The translations under genes were made by a program, and so were the position numbers. This document shows positions 56,008-64,000 of a stretch of 64,000 bases of DNA, one piece after another (the stretch's first letter is position 1; each line of letters begins with the position of its first letter). The notes under the pieces are model-generated. The model was not told the DNA's origin, made no database searches, and saw only the letters and a list, made by a program, of their open reading frames with translations. This DNA comes from a virus. The stretch is from positions 82,618 through 146,617 of IMG/VR virus record IMGVR_UViG_3300045131_002929; one strand, given 5' to 3'.

Positions 56008-56403
56008 GTGACGACGGACATCGACGGCGCGCCCATCGACGAGCACGGCTACGAATATCTGCGGCCGGGCTATCCGGGGGCGGACGCCACCTGGCAGGTG
56101 TGGGTGCCGCCGGGCGGGTGGCTATCCTGCGCGGACTACGGCGCCGACTGCGAGGATAGGACGCGGCGCAGGGCGTCCGCCGAGATCGACAAGCCGCGGA
56201 CTCCCTGGGACCAGCTGGACACGTGCAGGACCTACTACGTGACCTGCCCGTACTGCGGCCACGAGGACCGCGACGGCGGGGAGCTGTTCGGGTCCAGCTA
56301 CGACGACGAGGACGCGGAGAACGAATGCCACAAATGCAACAAGCTGTACTACATCAGCCGCCAGGTGGAGGCGGTCTACTCAACGAAAAGGAAAGGAGAA
56401 TAA
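56008..56403 (+). CDS. Zn-ribbon protein
   Basis: CPYCGH...CHKC; start uncertain. Confidence 0.5.
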   Translation: MTTDIDGAPIDEHGYEYLRPGYPGADATWQVWVPPGGWLSCADYGADCEDRTRRRASAEIDKPRTPWDQLDTCRTYYVTCPYCGHEDRDGGELFGSSYDDEDAENECHKCNKLYYISRQVEAVYSTKRKGE

Positions 56404-56405
56404 GC

Positions 56406-56783
56406 ATGAACGATGAAGTGCTATCAGCGTGGGCGCGGAATAGAATCAAACAGCTGGAGGAGGAAAACCAGCGGCTGAAAGTCGAAAAGATCCGCGGGGA
56501 GCCCGAGCCGCGGATAGGCGCCCTGCGGTCGCAGCCGCGCGACGGCCACATTATCGTGCAGATATATCGCGGCCAAGCCATAGGGTGGGAGGACGTAATG
56601 GCTCCGTTGGACGCTCCGGGCAAACTGTCGGCCGACAAGCAATTTGAGTTGCGCGCCCACGTGGCCGCCACGCTGATGGCGGGCATGCTCTCGCGCCAGG
56701 GCGAGTACGTCGGCATGGTGGCGGACTCCGTGCGGATGGCCGACGAGCTGCTGGCCGAGCTGGCCGGGCAGGTGGCGCCATGA
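56406..56783 (+). CDS. hypothetical protein
   Basis: SD AAGGAG; C-terminal AATLMAGML...ADELLAEL. Confidence 0.6.
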   Translation: MNDEVLSAWARNRIKQLEEENQRLKVEKIRGEPEPRIGALRSQPRDGHIIVQIYRGQAIGWEDVMAPLDAPGKLSADKQFELRAHVAATLMAGMLSRQGEYVGMVADSVRMADELLAELAGQVAP

Positions 56784-57355
56784 CTGACAAATGGGCTGCG
56801 TTCTTGGAGGCCACGGCGGCCGCGGCCGAGGCCGCCGACGAGCTTACACGCGAGCTCGACGACGGCAGCGGCATGCCGACAAGCGCGGCCGCCGAGCTGC
56901 GGGCCGAGCGCGACCGACTGAGCACACTGGCCGACGAGGCGTGGGACGCGTTCGTTCAAGGCGATCCGCCGTGGCCGGCGGGCATGCCGCGGTGTCCGTT
57001 CTGCGGCTGCGCCACGGGCTACATCCCCGTGCAGGGCTGGGGCTGCCTGCTGGTGGAGTGCTGCGTGGACCGTGGCGGCTGCGGCGCCCGCGGCCCCTGG
57101 CGGGATAGCGTCTCGGAGGCCGTCGCCGAGTGGCGCAAGGTCTGCGAGCGTGCGAGCGTGGTCATAAAGCACTGCGACGGCAGAGTGCGCGGCGTGTTGG
57201 CGAACACGTCGGCCATCGACGTGCTGCTGGTGGACGACAGCGAATGCCCGGCGGACATGTCGCCGGCCGAGGTGGCCGAGACGATGGCCGAAATCGCGGC
57301 CAACCACCGCGTCGAGCTGCCGGTGGACACGCCGTGGGTGGCCGATGCGCTCTAA
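56780..57355 (+). CDS. protein containing a Lar-like (restriction alleviation) Zn-ribbon
   Basis: CPFCG...VEC...CGARGP...EAVAEW. Confidence 0.6.
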   Translation: MTDKWAAFLEATAAAAEAADELTRELDDGSGMPTSAAAELRAERDRLSTLADEAWDAFVQGDPPWPAGMPRCPFCGCATGYIPVQGWGCLLVECCVDRGGCGARGPWRDSVSEAVAEWRKVCERASVVIKHCDGRVRGVLANTSAIDVLLVDDSECPADMSPAEVAETMAEIAANHRVELPVDTPWVADAL

Positions 57356-57686
57356 CAAGTGCTCGCTGTGCGGCGTCGAGGCCGCTGTCACGTACGGCGT
57401 GAGCCGGCGGGCCACGCGCAAGGCGTTGCGGGCCATGGGCGCGCCGACCGCCGACATCGTCTGCCTGTGCGGGCCGTGCATGGACAAGGCCGCCGAGCTG
57501 GGCTCGAACCGGCCCGTGCCGGCGGCGGAGCTGTGGGAGCTGGGCGGCCACGCGGCCGAGCTGGCCCGCATGGTCGAGGCGTGCGCGCCGCTGCGGCCGG
57601 ATGGGCTTACTGGCGAACAGGCGTCGGCCGTAAGGGCCGCCGCCTACGAGCTGCGGGAGCGGCTGTCGCGGTTCCTGCGCCGATAA
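57345..57686 (+). CDS. hypothetical CxxC protein
   Basis: CSLC...CGPC. Confidence 0.55.
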   Translation: MRSNKCSLCGVEAAVTYGVSRRATRKALRAMGAPTADIVCLCGPCMDKAAELGSNRPVPAAELWELGGHAAELARMVEACAPLRPDGLTGEQASAVRAAAYELRERLSRFLRR

Positions 57687-57708
57687 CAAATCAAACAAAG
57701 GGGATCGT

Positions 57709-58104
57709 ATGGGAATTCACGTAGGATTCGCATCGTTCCGGGACAGCGAGATCACGGAGCGGGAGGAGCTGCGGGCGGAGAACGCCAAGCTGCGGGCCGC
57801 CGCGGCGGCGCAGCCCGACCCAACCAAGTTCAGGATAATGGACCGCCGGCTCAGCGCGGACGGCAAATACACGGCGCTGGTGGCCATCTACGACGGCTGC
57901 ACGAACTACGAGGGCGTCAAGCTCCTCATCATGCGGGGCAACTGGCTCGACCGCAAGGTGGACCGGCTGGATCCGCATTTCAATCCTGGGTCGGCCGTGG
58001 TGGCCCGCTTCAGCCCGGACCAGGCGGGCACTGATCTCGCGTCGGATCTGTTCGGGTTCCGCGTGGGTCGGTTGGCCGACACCCGGATGTGGGACGCCAC
58101 TTGA
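57709..58104 (+). CDS. hypothetical protein
   Basis: YDGCTNYEGVKLL...LDPHF...VARF. Confidence 0.65.
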   Translation: MGIHVGFASFRDSEITEREELRAENAKLRAAAAAQPDPTKFRIMDRRLSADGKYTALVAIYDGCTNYEGVKLLIMRGNWLDRKVDRLDPHFNPGSAVVARFSPDQAGTDLASDLFGFRVGRLADTRMWDAT

Positions 58105-58129
58105 CAAAATATCGAAGTGGCTTTATAGT
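58101..58129 (+). promoter_or_regulatory. sigma70 promoter
   Basis: TTGACA-N17-TATAGT. Confidence 0.75.
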
Positions 58130-58225
58130 GTACCCCGTGCTACGATAGAGCGGCTTCATAGCATAGGCCCTTCTATGCAAACGAAGCGTAACAATGATGA
58201 ACAATGTGTAACTAGGTGCAATCCC

Positions 58226-58435
58226 ATGAAACTCGCTGAATACACGTCAATGTGCGTGTCGAAGCGCAGCCAGCGACTGGCCCACGCCATAGCGGAGCAC
58301 GAGGGCCGCAAGGTGTACAAGGCCATGGAAGTGGCGCTGGACGACTACGTGGCCCGTAACGGCATACCGCTGCCTGAGGCCAAGCCCGTAAAAGCCAAGC
58401 AGGCACCGATGGTGCAGGCCGAACTGGAATTTTAA
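58226..58435 (+). CDS. small ribbon-helix-helix-like DNA-binding protein
   Basis: Beta strand TSMCVS then two helices (AEHEGRKV...ALDDYV). Confidence 0.5.
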   Translation: MKLAEYTSMCVSKRSQRLAHAIAEHEGRKVYKAMEVALDDYVARNGIPLPEAKPVKAKQAPMVQAELEF

Positions 58436-58467
58436 CTAACGTCAAAAACAACAGAAAGGAACGGACA

Positions 58468-59292
58468 ATGGCGAACAGCAGCGAGATGATGGCCCCGGCC
58501 ACCTCCAAGTGGGCGTTCGAGGGCAGGCAGATGAGGATCGAAATGATCGACGGCGAGCCATGGTTCGTCGCCAAAGACGTGTGTGAGTGTCTGGGGTTGG
58601 GTAATCCGACTGAGGCTCTCAAGCGACTGGACGATGAGGAGAGCACCCTCATTTCAATTGAGGGTGCCAGCAACGGCCTGCCGGTAAACGCCGTCAACGA
58701 GTCCGGCCTTTACAACCTGATCCTCGGGAGCCGCAAGCCGGAGGCCAAGCGGTTCAAGCGGTGGGTCACCCACGAGGTGCTGCCCAGCATCCGCAAGCAT
58801 GGCGGCTACATCCTCGAAAGCAAACTGACGGAGATGCAGCGCGACCCGCGGGTCATGGGCAAGCTGTACATGGACCTGGCGGACGAGATGGACAAGCGCA
58901 AGGCCGCGGAGCGCAGGCTGGACGAGATGACGGTCGTCGCCACGGAGCAGGACGGCGTCATCCAGCGGCTGCTGCCCAAAGCGCAGTACATGGATCAGGT
59001 GCTCCAGCCGGACAACCTGCTCAGCGTCAACGTGGCGGCCGCGGACCTGGGCGTGTCGGCCATCAAGCTGAACAAGTTCATGGTGGCCCACAAGCTGGTC
59101 TACAAGCAGGGCAAGGTCTACATCCCGGGCGAGAAGATCAAAGACAAAGGCTTCTTCGACTACAAAAGCCACGTCATCGCCTTGGAGGGCGGCCAGTCCA
59201 AGACGGTCGAGCACCTCTACCTGACGCAGACCGGCCGCAAGTTCGTGGCCGAGCTGTTCGACAAAGAGCGCGGCCCTAAGCTGAGCGCGTGA
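58468..59292 (+). CDS. Bro-N domain antirepressor with ANT/KilAC-like C-terminus
   Basis: DGEPWFVAKDVC, NESGLYNLILGSRKPEAKRFKRWVTHEVLPSIRKHGGY, PKAQYMD, TQTGRKF. Confidence 0.9.
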   Translation: MANSSEMMAPATSKWAFEGRQMRIEMIDGEPWFVAKDVCECLGLGNPTEALKRLDDEESTLISIEGASNGLPVNAVNESGLYNLILGSRKPEAKRFKRWVTHEVLPSIRKHGGYILESKLTEMQRDPRVMGKLYMDLADEMDKRKAAERRLDEMTVVATEQDGVIQRLLPKAQYMDQVLQPDNLLSVNVAAADLGVSAIKLNKFMVAHKLVYKQGKVYIPGEKIKDKGFFDYKSHVIALEGGQSKTVEHLYLTQTGRKFVAELFDKERGPKLSA

Positions 59293-59293
59293 C

Positions 59294-59479
59294 ATGAGCA
59301 AAGACGACGTGAACATGAGCGACTGGTGGTTCGAGGGCAAGCTGGTCCGCGTGGAAAACATAGACGGCGCGCCCTGGTTCGCCGCCAAAGACCTGCGGGC
59401 CATCCACGGTTGGCCGCGGGGCGCTGAGATGACGCTGCCCGCCTGCGAGCGCAGGCCCGCGCCGGAGGCCGGCCGATGA
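59294..59479 (+). pseudogene. truncated Bro-N duplicate
   Basis: WWFEGKLVRVENIDGAPWFAAKDL matches the first third of the upstream Bro-N. Confidence 0.6.
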
Positions 59480-59832
59480 GCGGCCTGCGCACGCGCATGC
59501 AGGACTGCGATGACGCCCTGGTCGTCATGCGCGAGCTGGAGGTCGAGCACGAGTTCGACATCCACGGCAACAGGGAGATGCTGGCGGTGGCCTACAACAT
59601 CAGCCACGACAACCTCGAGCTGGTGGCGCTGTCCCGCGGCCCGGGAGCCGGCGACGACCGGGTGGTGTGCGACGACGAGGCGTTCCTCCCCGTCGAGGTG
59701 CTGGCCATGGCCGCCCACGAGCTGGATCGGATCGCGCGGACGGAACAAGTCCACGAGGATGAGTACAGACAGCTGCGCGACTACGTGCAGGACATCGTCG
59801 CCAGGCGCGACGACGAGGAGGACCTCGAATGA
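59476..59832 (+). CDS. acidic hypothetical protein
   Basis: ATGA overlaps. Confidence 0.6.
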   Translation: MSGLRTRMQDCDDALVVMRELEVEHEFDIHGNREMLAVAYNISHDNLELVALSRGPGAGDDRVVCDDEAFLPVEVLAMAAHELDRIARTEQVHEDEYRQLRDYVQDIVARRDDEEDLE

Positions 59833-60113
59833 GCGGCGGGTCATTCGACCATCAGAACTATCGGCTGATCGACATGGCCGACACGCTCGACGCGTTCGCC
59901 TACCGCTGCGCCAAAGGCGAGCAGGATGAGTATGGCAACCGCTGGCGGGCCGAGGCGCGGACGCTGGCCAAGATGCGCAAGACGGCCAAAGAGCTGCGGG
60001 TGCTGGAGCGCAAGCTGCACCTGATCGACTACTGGATGGCCGGCGACAGCAGCGAGGATAGCATTCACGCCGGGTGGCGGGAATGCGAGAAACCTGTATC
60101 GGAAGGCAACTAA
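59829..60113 (+). CDS. hypothetical protein
   Basis: MSGGSFD...IDYWMAGDSS. Confidence 0.65.
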   Translation: MSGGSFDHQNYRLIDMADTLDAFAYRCAKGEQDEYGNRWRAEARTLAKMRKTAKELRVLERKLHLIDYWMAGDSSEDSIHAGWRECEKPVSEGN

Positions 60114-60132
60114 CACAGCAAGGGAGAGTAAT

Positions 60133-61443
60133 ATGAGCAACACAGTGATCAACGGCAGCAAGAATGACAACGGCGGCGACAAGAGCTACGAGGAGTTAGT
60201 GGCAAAAGAGGCCAGACGTATCAAATTGATGGTGCTCACCGGAGTGAGCAATAAGTATGAGGGTCCGTTCGTATTGCCTTTCGGGTCTGATCTGCCGCCG
60301 CTGCCTAAAGGGTATTTCTGGATGACACCACCACTGGCTCAGGCCATGTTGTCCAATTCCATCGGCAACCGCAAGGCGAAACGGGGCAAGGTCGAAGCCA
60401 TGAAGCGCGACGCGCTTGCCGGGCTTAAGGCTGATCGCGGTGAGCATCGTCAGGGCGCCCCTAGCGGCCAGTGGTCCGGCTACGCAGGCACCCCGATACG
60501 GATCGACGAGCTGGGCCGGTCGCTGAACGGGCACAATAGGTTCCTGGTCGTGATTGAGCTAGGTGTCTGCATAATGCTGCCGGGCATAGACATCGTGCCC
60601 ACGTCGCAGCTGAACCACCGCGGCTGGCTGCCCGGCGAGGATATCGGAACCGTGCGGTCAAAGGCGGACAGTCTGAAGCAGGACAGTCACGTGGTGGCTG
60701 CCGCCGAGCTGCTGTTCGATCTGGCCACCAACATCAGGGGGCAGTACACGACTGAGGGTGAGATTGAAGCCGTGATCGAGGCGTTTCAACCGGAACTGGA
60801 TCAGATCGATCTAGCCTTTAGCAAGCGGAAGGGGGTATCCACGGCGGCGATACAGGCCGCGGTGGTCCTCGCCGGCACGCCGGACGCCTTCGAGCAGTAT
60901 CGGGCTTTTTGCTCGGACTGCAACGAGCGCCACGGCGTCAGGCTGACCAGTAAGCTAACACTATTGAAGAATCTCCTAACGGGGGCGACTGTCCCCAAAA
61001 ACGAAGGTGACAAGGAGATCTTCTCCGCGGAGGCCGGCAAGTCCCTCTGCGGCAGGAAACGTCAACGGGCTGACGCGGAAACACCGGACGTCGTGGACGT
61101 GGCTGCCTTCAACAGGGATATCCTTGAGAAGGCCACCCGTGGCCAGCGCGGTAATCTCAAAAAGATGGCCGTGGCCTACATGGCCTTCAAAAACAGCAAA
61201 CGCCTTACGCTGCAACGCAGCGAGGCGGACATCCTGAATGCCTTGCAGGAGATGCGCGGCATCGTCGTCAGGCGATTACGCACCCGTCTGCCGAGCAGCG
61301 TGCTGGCCAAACCGAAAGACCCCGTGCTTAGGGGGCCGGCCATCTCGAAGACCGGAGGGGCTAAAGGGGTGGTCGAGCCCCCTAACGAGACCAAAGGTCT
61401 TAAAGATATGATCGATCATCATAACGAGTCAGACGCGCAATAA
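60133..61443 (+). CDS. ParB/Srx-like N-terminal domain protein
   Basis: MTP.LAQAML...NR...M.RD...G.W...PIRIDELGRSLNGHNR (DGQHR-like); lower GC. Confidence 0.5.
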   Translation: MSNTVINGSKNDNGGDKSYEELVAKEARRIKLMVLTGVSNKYEGPFVLPFGSDLPPLPKGYFWMTPPLAQAMLSNSIGNRKAKRGKVEAMKRDALAGLKADRGEHRQGAPSGQWSGYAGTPIRIDELGRSLNGHNRFLVVIELGVCIMLPGIDIVPTSQLNHRGWLPGEDIGTVRSKADSLKQDSHVVAAAELLFDLATNIRGQYTTEGEIEAVIEAFQPELDQIDLAFSKRKGVSTAAIQAAVVLAGTPDAFEQYRAFCSDCNERHGVRLTSKLTLLKNLLTGATVPKNEGDKEIFSAEAGKSLCGRKRQRADAETPDVVDVAAFNRDILEKATRGQRGNLKKMAVAYMAFKNSKRLTLQRSEADILNALQEMRGIVVRRLRTRLPSSVLAKPKDPVLRGPAISKTGGAKGVVEPPNETKGLKDMIDHHNESDAQ

Positions 61444-61464
61444 ACGATATAAAAGGAGGCCCCC

Positions 61465-61845
61465 ATGGCCATCGATGCTCTTTGCGTAAACGCAGTCCGC
61501 CGGCCCGGGCTCAGGATGCCGGACTACGCCAAGGCGGCGCCGCGCGGCGAGTGGATCGTGACGTCGGATCCGCCGAAGGTCTACGCGCCGGACAGGCTGC
61601 GGCTGTTCGTCACGGGGCGCGGGCTGCCCCGCTGGGCCGAGCACAACACGGCGTTCGGCGACGCGTGGGGCCGGCCGCTGGACAAGCCGGCCAGCCGGGA
61701 CTACCTGGCGCTGGTCGTGGAGGGCACCGCGTGGCTGCCCGCTTTCGGGACGACCTGCGGCGTCGAGGTGGTCCAGGCCCCCACGGCGGCCGACATGGCC
61801 GTGCTGCGCACGCGGCTGGCCCGCCGCCGGCTGGGGGCCATGTAG
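61465..61845 (+). CDS. C-terminal tag array protein 1
   Basis: SD AAGGAGG; ends APTAADMAVLRTRLARRRLGAM. Confidence 0.7.
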   Translation: MAIDALCVNAVRRPGLRMPDYAKAAPRGEWIVTSDPPKVYAPDRLRLFVTGRGLPRWAEHNTAFGDAWGRPLDKPASRDYLALVVEGTAWLPAFGTTCGVEVVQAPTAADMAVLRTRLARRRLGAM

Positions 61846-61846
61846 C

Positions 61847-62218
61847 GTGCCGCTGGATGTCTGCGAGGGCGCGTGGCGGCTAGACTGCCACGACCACGTC
61901 GACTGGGGCGACAGCTACGTGGAGGTGGCGGCCATCTACCTGACCAAGTCGCGCGGCGCGCCCCGGTGGCGGCTCCACCGGGACATGCCCCTGGCCGACT
62001 GCCTGGCCCGCCTGGGCGACATGCGGCCATGGGCCGGCCCGGCCATAACCTGTGCCATGTCGGACATGCTGCTGGCGCCCGACGCTGACTTCATGGAGCT
62101 CCGGTCGGCCGGCCAGCGCACCCGGCGCAGGCTGCTGGCCACGCTGCGGCCGCCGACGCCGGCGGCCGTGAAGGCCATCCACGCGGCGGCGGCCCGGTTC
62201 AGGCTGGGCGCCATGTGA
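61847..62218 (+). CDS. C-terminal tag array protein 2
   Basis: Ends PPTPAAVKAIHAAAARFRLGAM. Confidence 0.65.
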   Translation: MPLDVCEGAWRLDCHDHVDWGDSYVEVAAIYLTKSRGAPRWRLHRDMPLADCLARLGDMRPWAGPAITCAMSDMLLAPDADFMELRSAGQRTRRRLLATLRPPTPAAVKAIHAAAARFRLGAM

Positions 62219-62241
62219 CAAACCAAGAAAGGAATCGACCA

Positions 62242-62871
62242 ATGACCATCGACATGATGCTGCGGGCGGCGTGGGCCGCCCTGCCGAAGTCGGATCCGCG
62301 GCGGGCGCTGCCGCAGTGGGCCACGAGCGATGCGACGGCCTTGACCTGCAGCCACCTGTTCGGCCCGGGCTACGCCGCGTGCCGCCTGGCCAACGGCTAC
62401 AAGGAATGCTATCAGTTCACCCTGATCAACGCGGCCGGACGGTGGCGGTTCCACAGAATGTGCATGGAGCTCAAGGACTACGCGGCCATGCACCTGGCGT
62501 GGCCCGGCCGTAAGTCCGCCGACGCGGTCAAGCTGGCCAAGCCGCGGGCCTACCTAGGCGCGTGGCGCGTGAAGACGCAGGCCGTCGAGGACTACCCGTA
62601 CGAGCGGATCGAGCACCTGACGTTCATAGGCAGGGGCAACGCCCGGCGGCCGGCCTGGGTCCAAAGCGACGCGATGGACAACAGCGACGGCTGGATGACG
62701 GGCAAGCCCAAGGCCAGCGCCCTGATGGAGGACATGGTGGCCGAGGGCGCCGCCGGCCCGGGCCGGGCGGGCGAGATCGTGCTGGAGTTCGAGCAGCTCG
62801 AGGCCCCGAGCGCCGCGACGCTGGCCGCGCTGCGCCGGTGCGTGGCCAGGCGCCGCCTGGGGACCATGTGA
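62242..62871 (+). CDS. C-terminal tag array protein 3
   Basis: SD GAAAGGA; ends APSAATLAALRRCVARRRLGTM. Confidence 0.7.
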   Translation: MTIDMMLRAAWAALPKSDPRRALPQWATSDATALTCSHLFGPGYAACRLANGYKECYQFTLINAAGRWRFHRMCMELKDYAAMHLAWPGRKSADAVKLAKPRAYLGAWRVKTQAVEDYPYERIEHLTFIGRGNARRPAWVQSDAMDNSDGWMTGKPKASALMEDMVAEGAAGPGRAGEIVLEFEQLEAPSAATLAALRRCVARRRLGTM

Positions 62872-63662
62872 TGCTCGCCGACGACTTGGCGGCGCAGGCC
62901 GCCCAGGCCATGGGGCTGGCCGCGCGCCAGTCCAACTGGTGGAGCAGCGAGCGCATGCCGGCCCCGGCCTTGCACGCCGCGCGGCAGGCCGCCGTGGTCG
63001 ACTACGTCGTGCGGCCGGGCTGGGCCGCGTGGACGTACATCGACAAGCGGGGCGAGACCAGGGCGGCCCAGCTGAGCCTGATCGCCTACAGGCTGCCCGG
63101 CGACCGCTACGAGGTGCGCGCCACGGCCGCCGAGCTTGCTGACTTCGACCGCATGTGGCTGGCCGACCACCCCGGCGGCAAGCCGACCGAGCGGCCGCAG
63201 CCCAGGCAGCCCAAGCCGCCGCCCGAGCTGCGCGCCCTGTGGCGCGTGGAATGCGATCGCGAGACCGCGGCGGACGGCTCCACGCGGAGCAAGGTGTTCC
63301 TGGTCGCGCTGACGGGCCCGGCCGGCATGGCCGCGGCCGCGGCGTGGGCGATCAACTACGAGCCGGACCCCGTGTCCGCGATCGGCATGTGCCGCATGAA
63401 CATAGCCGCCGACCACCGCATACACGGCGGCAGGCCGCCGAAGGACTGCTGCTGCCTGGGCAGGTGGCCGGGCATCATGGACGCCGGCCGCCGGCCGACG
63501 CCGGCCGACCTGGCCCGGCTGATGGACGAGGGCAGGGCGCACTTCGGATCCGCCAGGGACGCGGTCGAGTACACCCTGGTGGCCACGCTTATGGCCCCGG
63601 ACGCGAAATTGGCCGCGGCGCTGCGCCGCAGATTGGCGCGACGCACACTAACTAGAATGTGA
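62871..63662 (+). CDS. C-terminal tag array protein 4
   Basis: TGATG coupling at 62869-62873; ends APDAKLAAALRRRLARRTLTRM. Confidence 0.65.
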   Translation: MLADDLAAQAAQAMGLAARQSNWWSSERMPAPALHAARQAAVVDYVVRPGWAAWTYIDKRGETRAAQLSLIAYRLPGDRYEVRATAAELADFDRMWLADHPGGKPTERPQPRQPKPPPELRALWRVECDRETAADGSTRSKVFLVALTGPAGMAAAAAWAINYEPDPVSAIGMCRMNIAADHRIHGGRPPKDCCCLGRWPGIMDAGRRPTPADLARLMDEGRAHFGSARDAVEYTLVATLMAPDAKLAAALRRRLARRTLTRM

Positions 63663-63674
63663 AGGGATTTTAAT

Positions 63675-64000
63675 ATGGCAAGCAATGTGGCTCATGGCAA
63701 GACCAAGGACTACGCGGTGCTGGACAACTTCGTATACAACGCCGTGCCGCGCGACATGGCGCGCGACGGCACCGGCTGCGGCGGGTTCAGCGGCGCCTGC
63801 GGCTGGCCGAAAGGCGAGCCGTTGTTTCACGTTAAAGACGGCATCCTGCACAGCTACCGCATGCCCATCGGCATGCGGTGCAAGGGCGGCTTCGTGGTGG
63901 CGTCGGACTACGGTCAAAGCAGGAGCACGACCCGCCACATAGCCCGGTACCGCGCGTTCATCGGCGCGGGATGCTCGCCTGGCGGCGTGCCGGTGTCGGC
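63675..64000 (+). CDS. hypothetical protein, 3'-truncated
   Basis: ATG 63675 after AAGGGA; open to the window end (LHSYRMPIG...SRSTTRHI). Confidence 0.55.
   Translation, partial: MASNVAHGKTKDYAVLDNFVYNAVPRDMARDGTGCGGFSGACGWPKGEPLFHVKDGILHSYRMPIGMRCKGGFVVASDYGQSRSTTRHIARYRAFIGAGCSPGGVPVS

Overview
This window is a 64 kb piece of a large, GC-rich dsDNA bacteriophage genome; no cellular housekeeping genes are present. From left to right it holds: (1) putative virion and hypothetical genes, including two tandem paralog pairs, then a minus-strand radical-SAM gene and an intein-containing terminase large subunit; (2) an AT-rich, repeat-flanked candidate replication origin at the strand switch; (3) a replication/recombination operon with Mre11/Rad50 (SbcD/SbcC)-like genes, an SF2 helicase, a DnaB-like helicase, a primase, a family A DNA polymerase split by two group I introns (one encoding a LAGLIDADG endonuclease), a putative SSB and a RecA-like recombinase; (4) a probable head/ejected-protein module with a putative portal, many glycine-zipper proteins sharing a K-x-A motif, and a single-chain beta/beta'-N RNA polymerase with two inteins; (5) an accessory region with a MoxR-like AAA and vWA-peptidase pair, a ThyX-like gene, dUTPase, Lar-like, Bro-N and ParB-like genes, ending in an array of unrelated genes with a common C-terminal tag. 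The most unusual signals are: the RNAP active-site intein with apparently swapped junction residues (DYDGN|C...WD|T); sigma70 promoters embedded inside that intein and inside a polymerase intron; the K-x-A leader family; the R-R-x-L-G-x-M C-terminal tag array; and a promoter-driven structured RNA candidate at about 30.8 kb. All calls come from reading motifs by eye; no database searches or folding programs were run.
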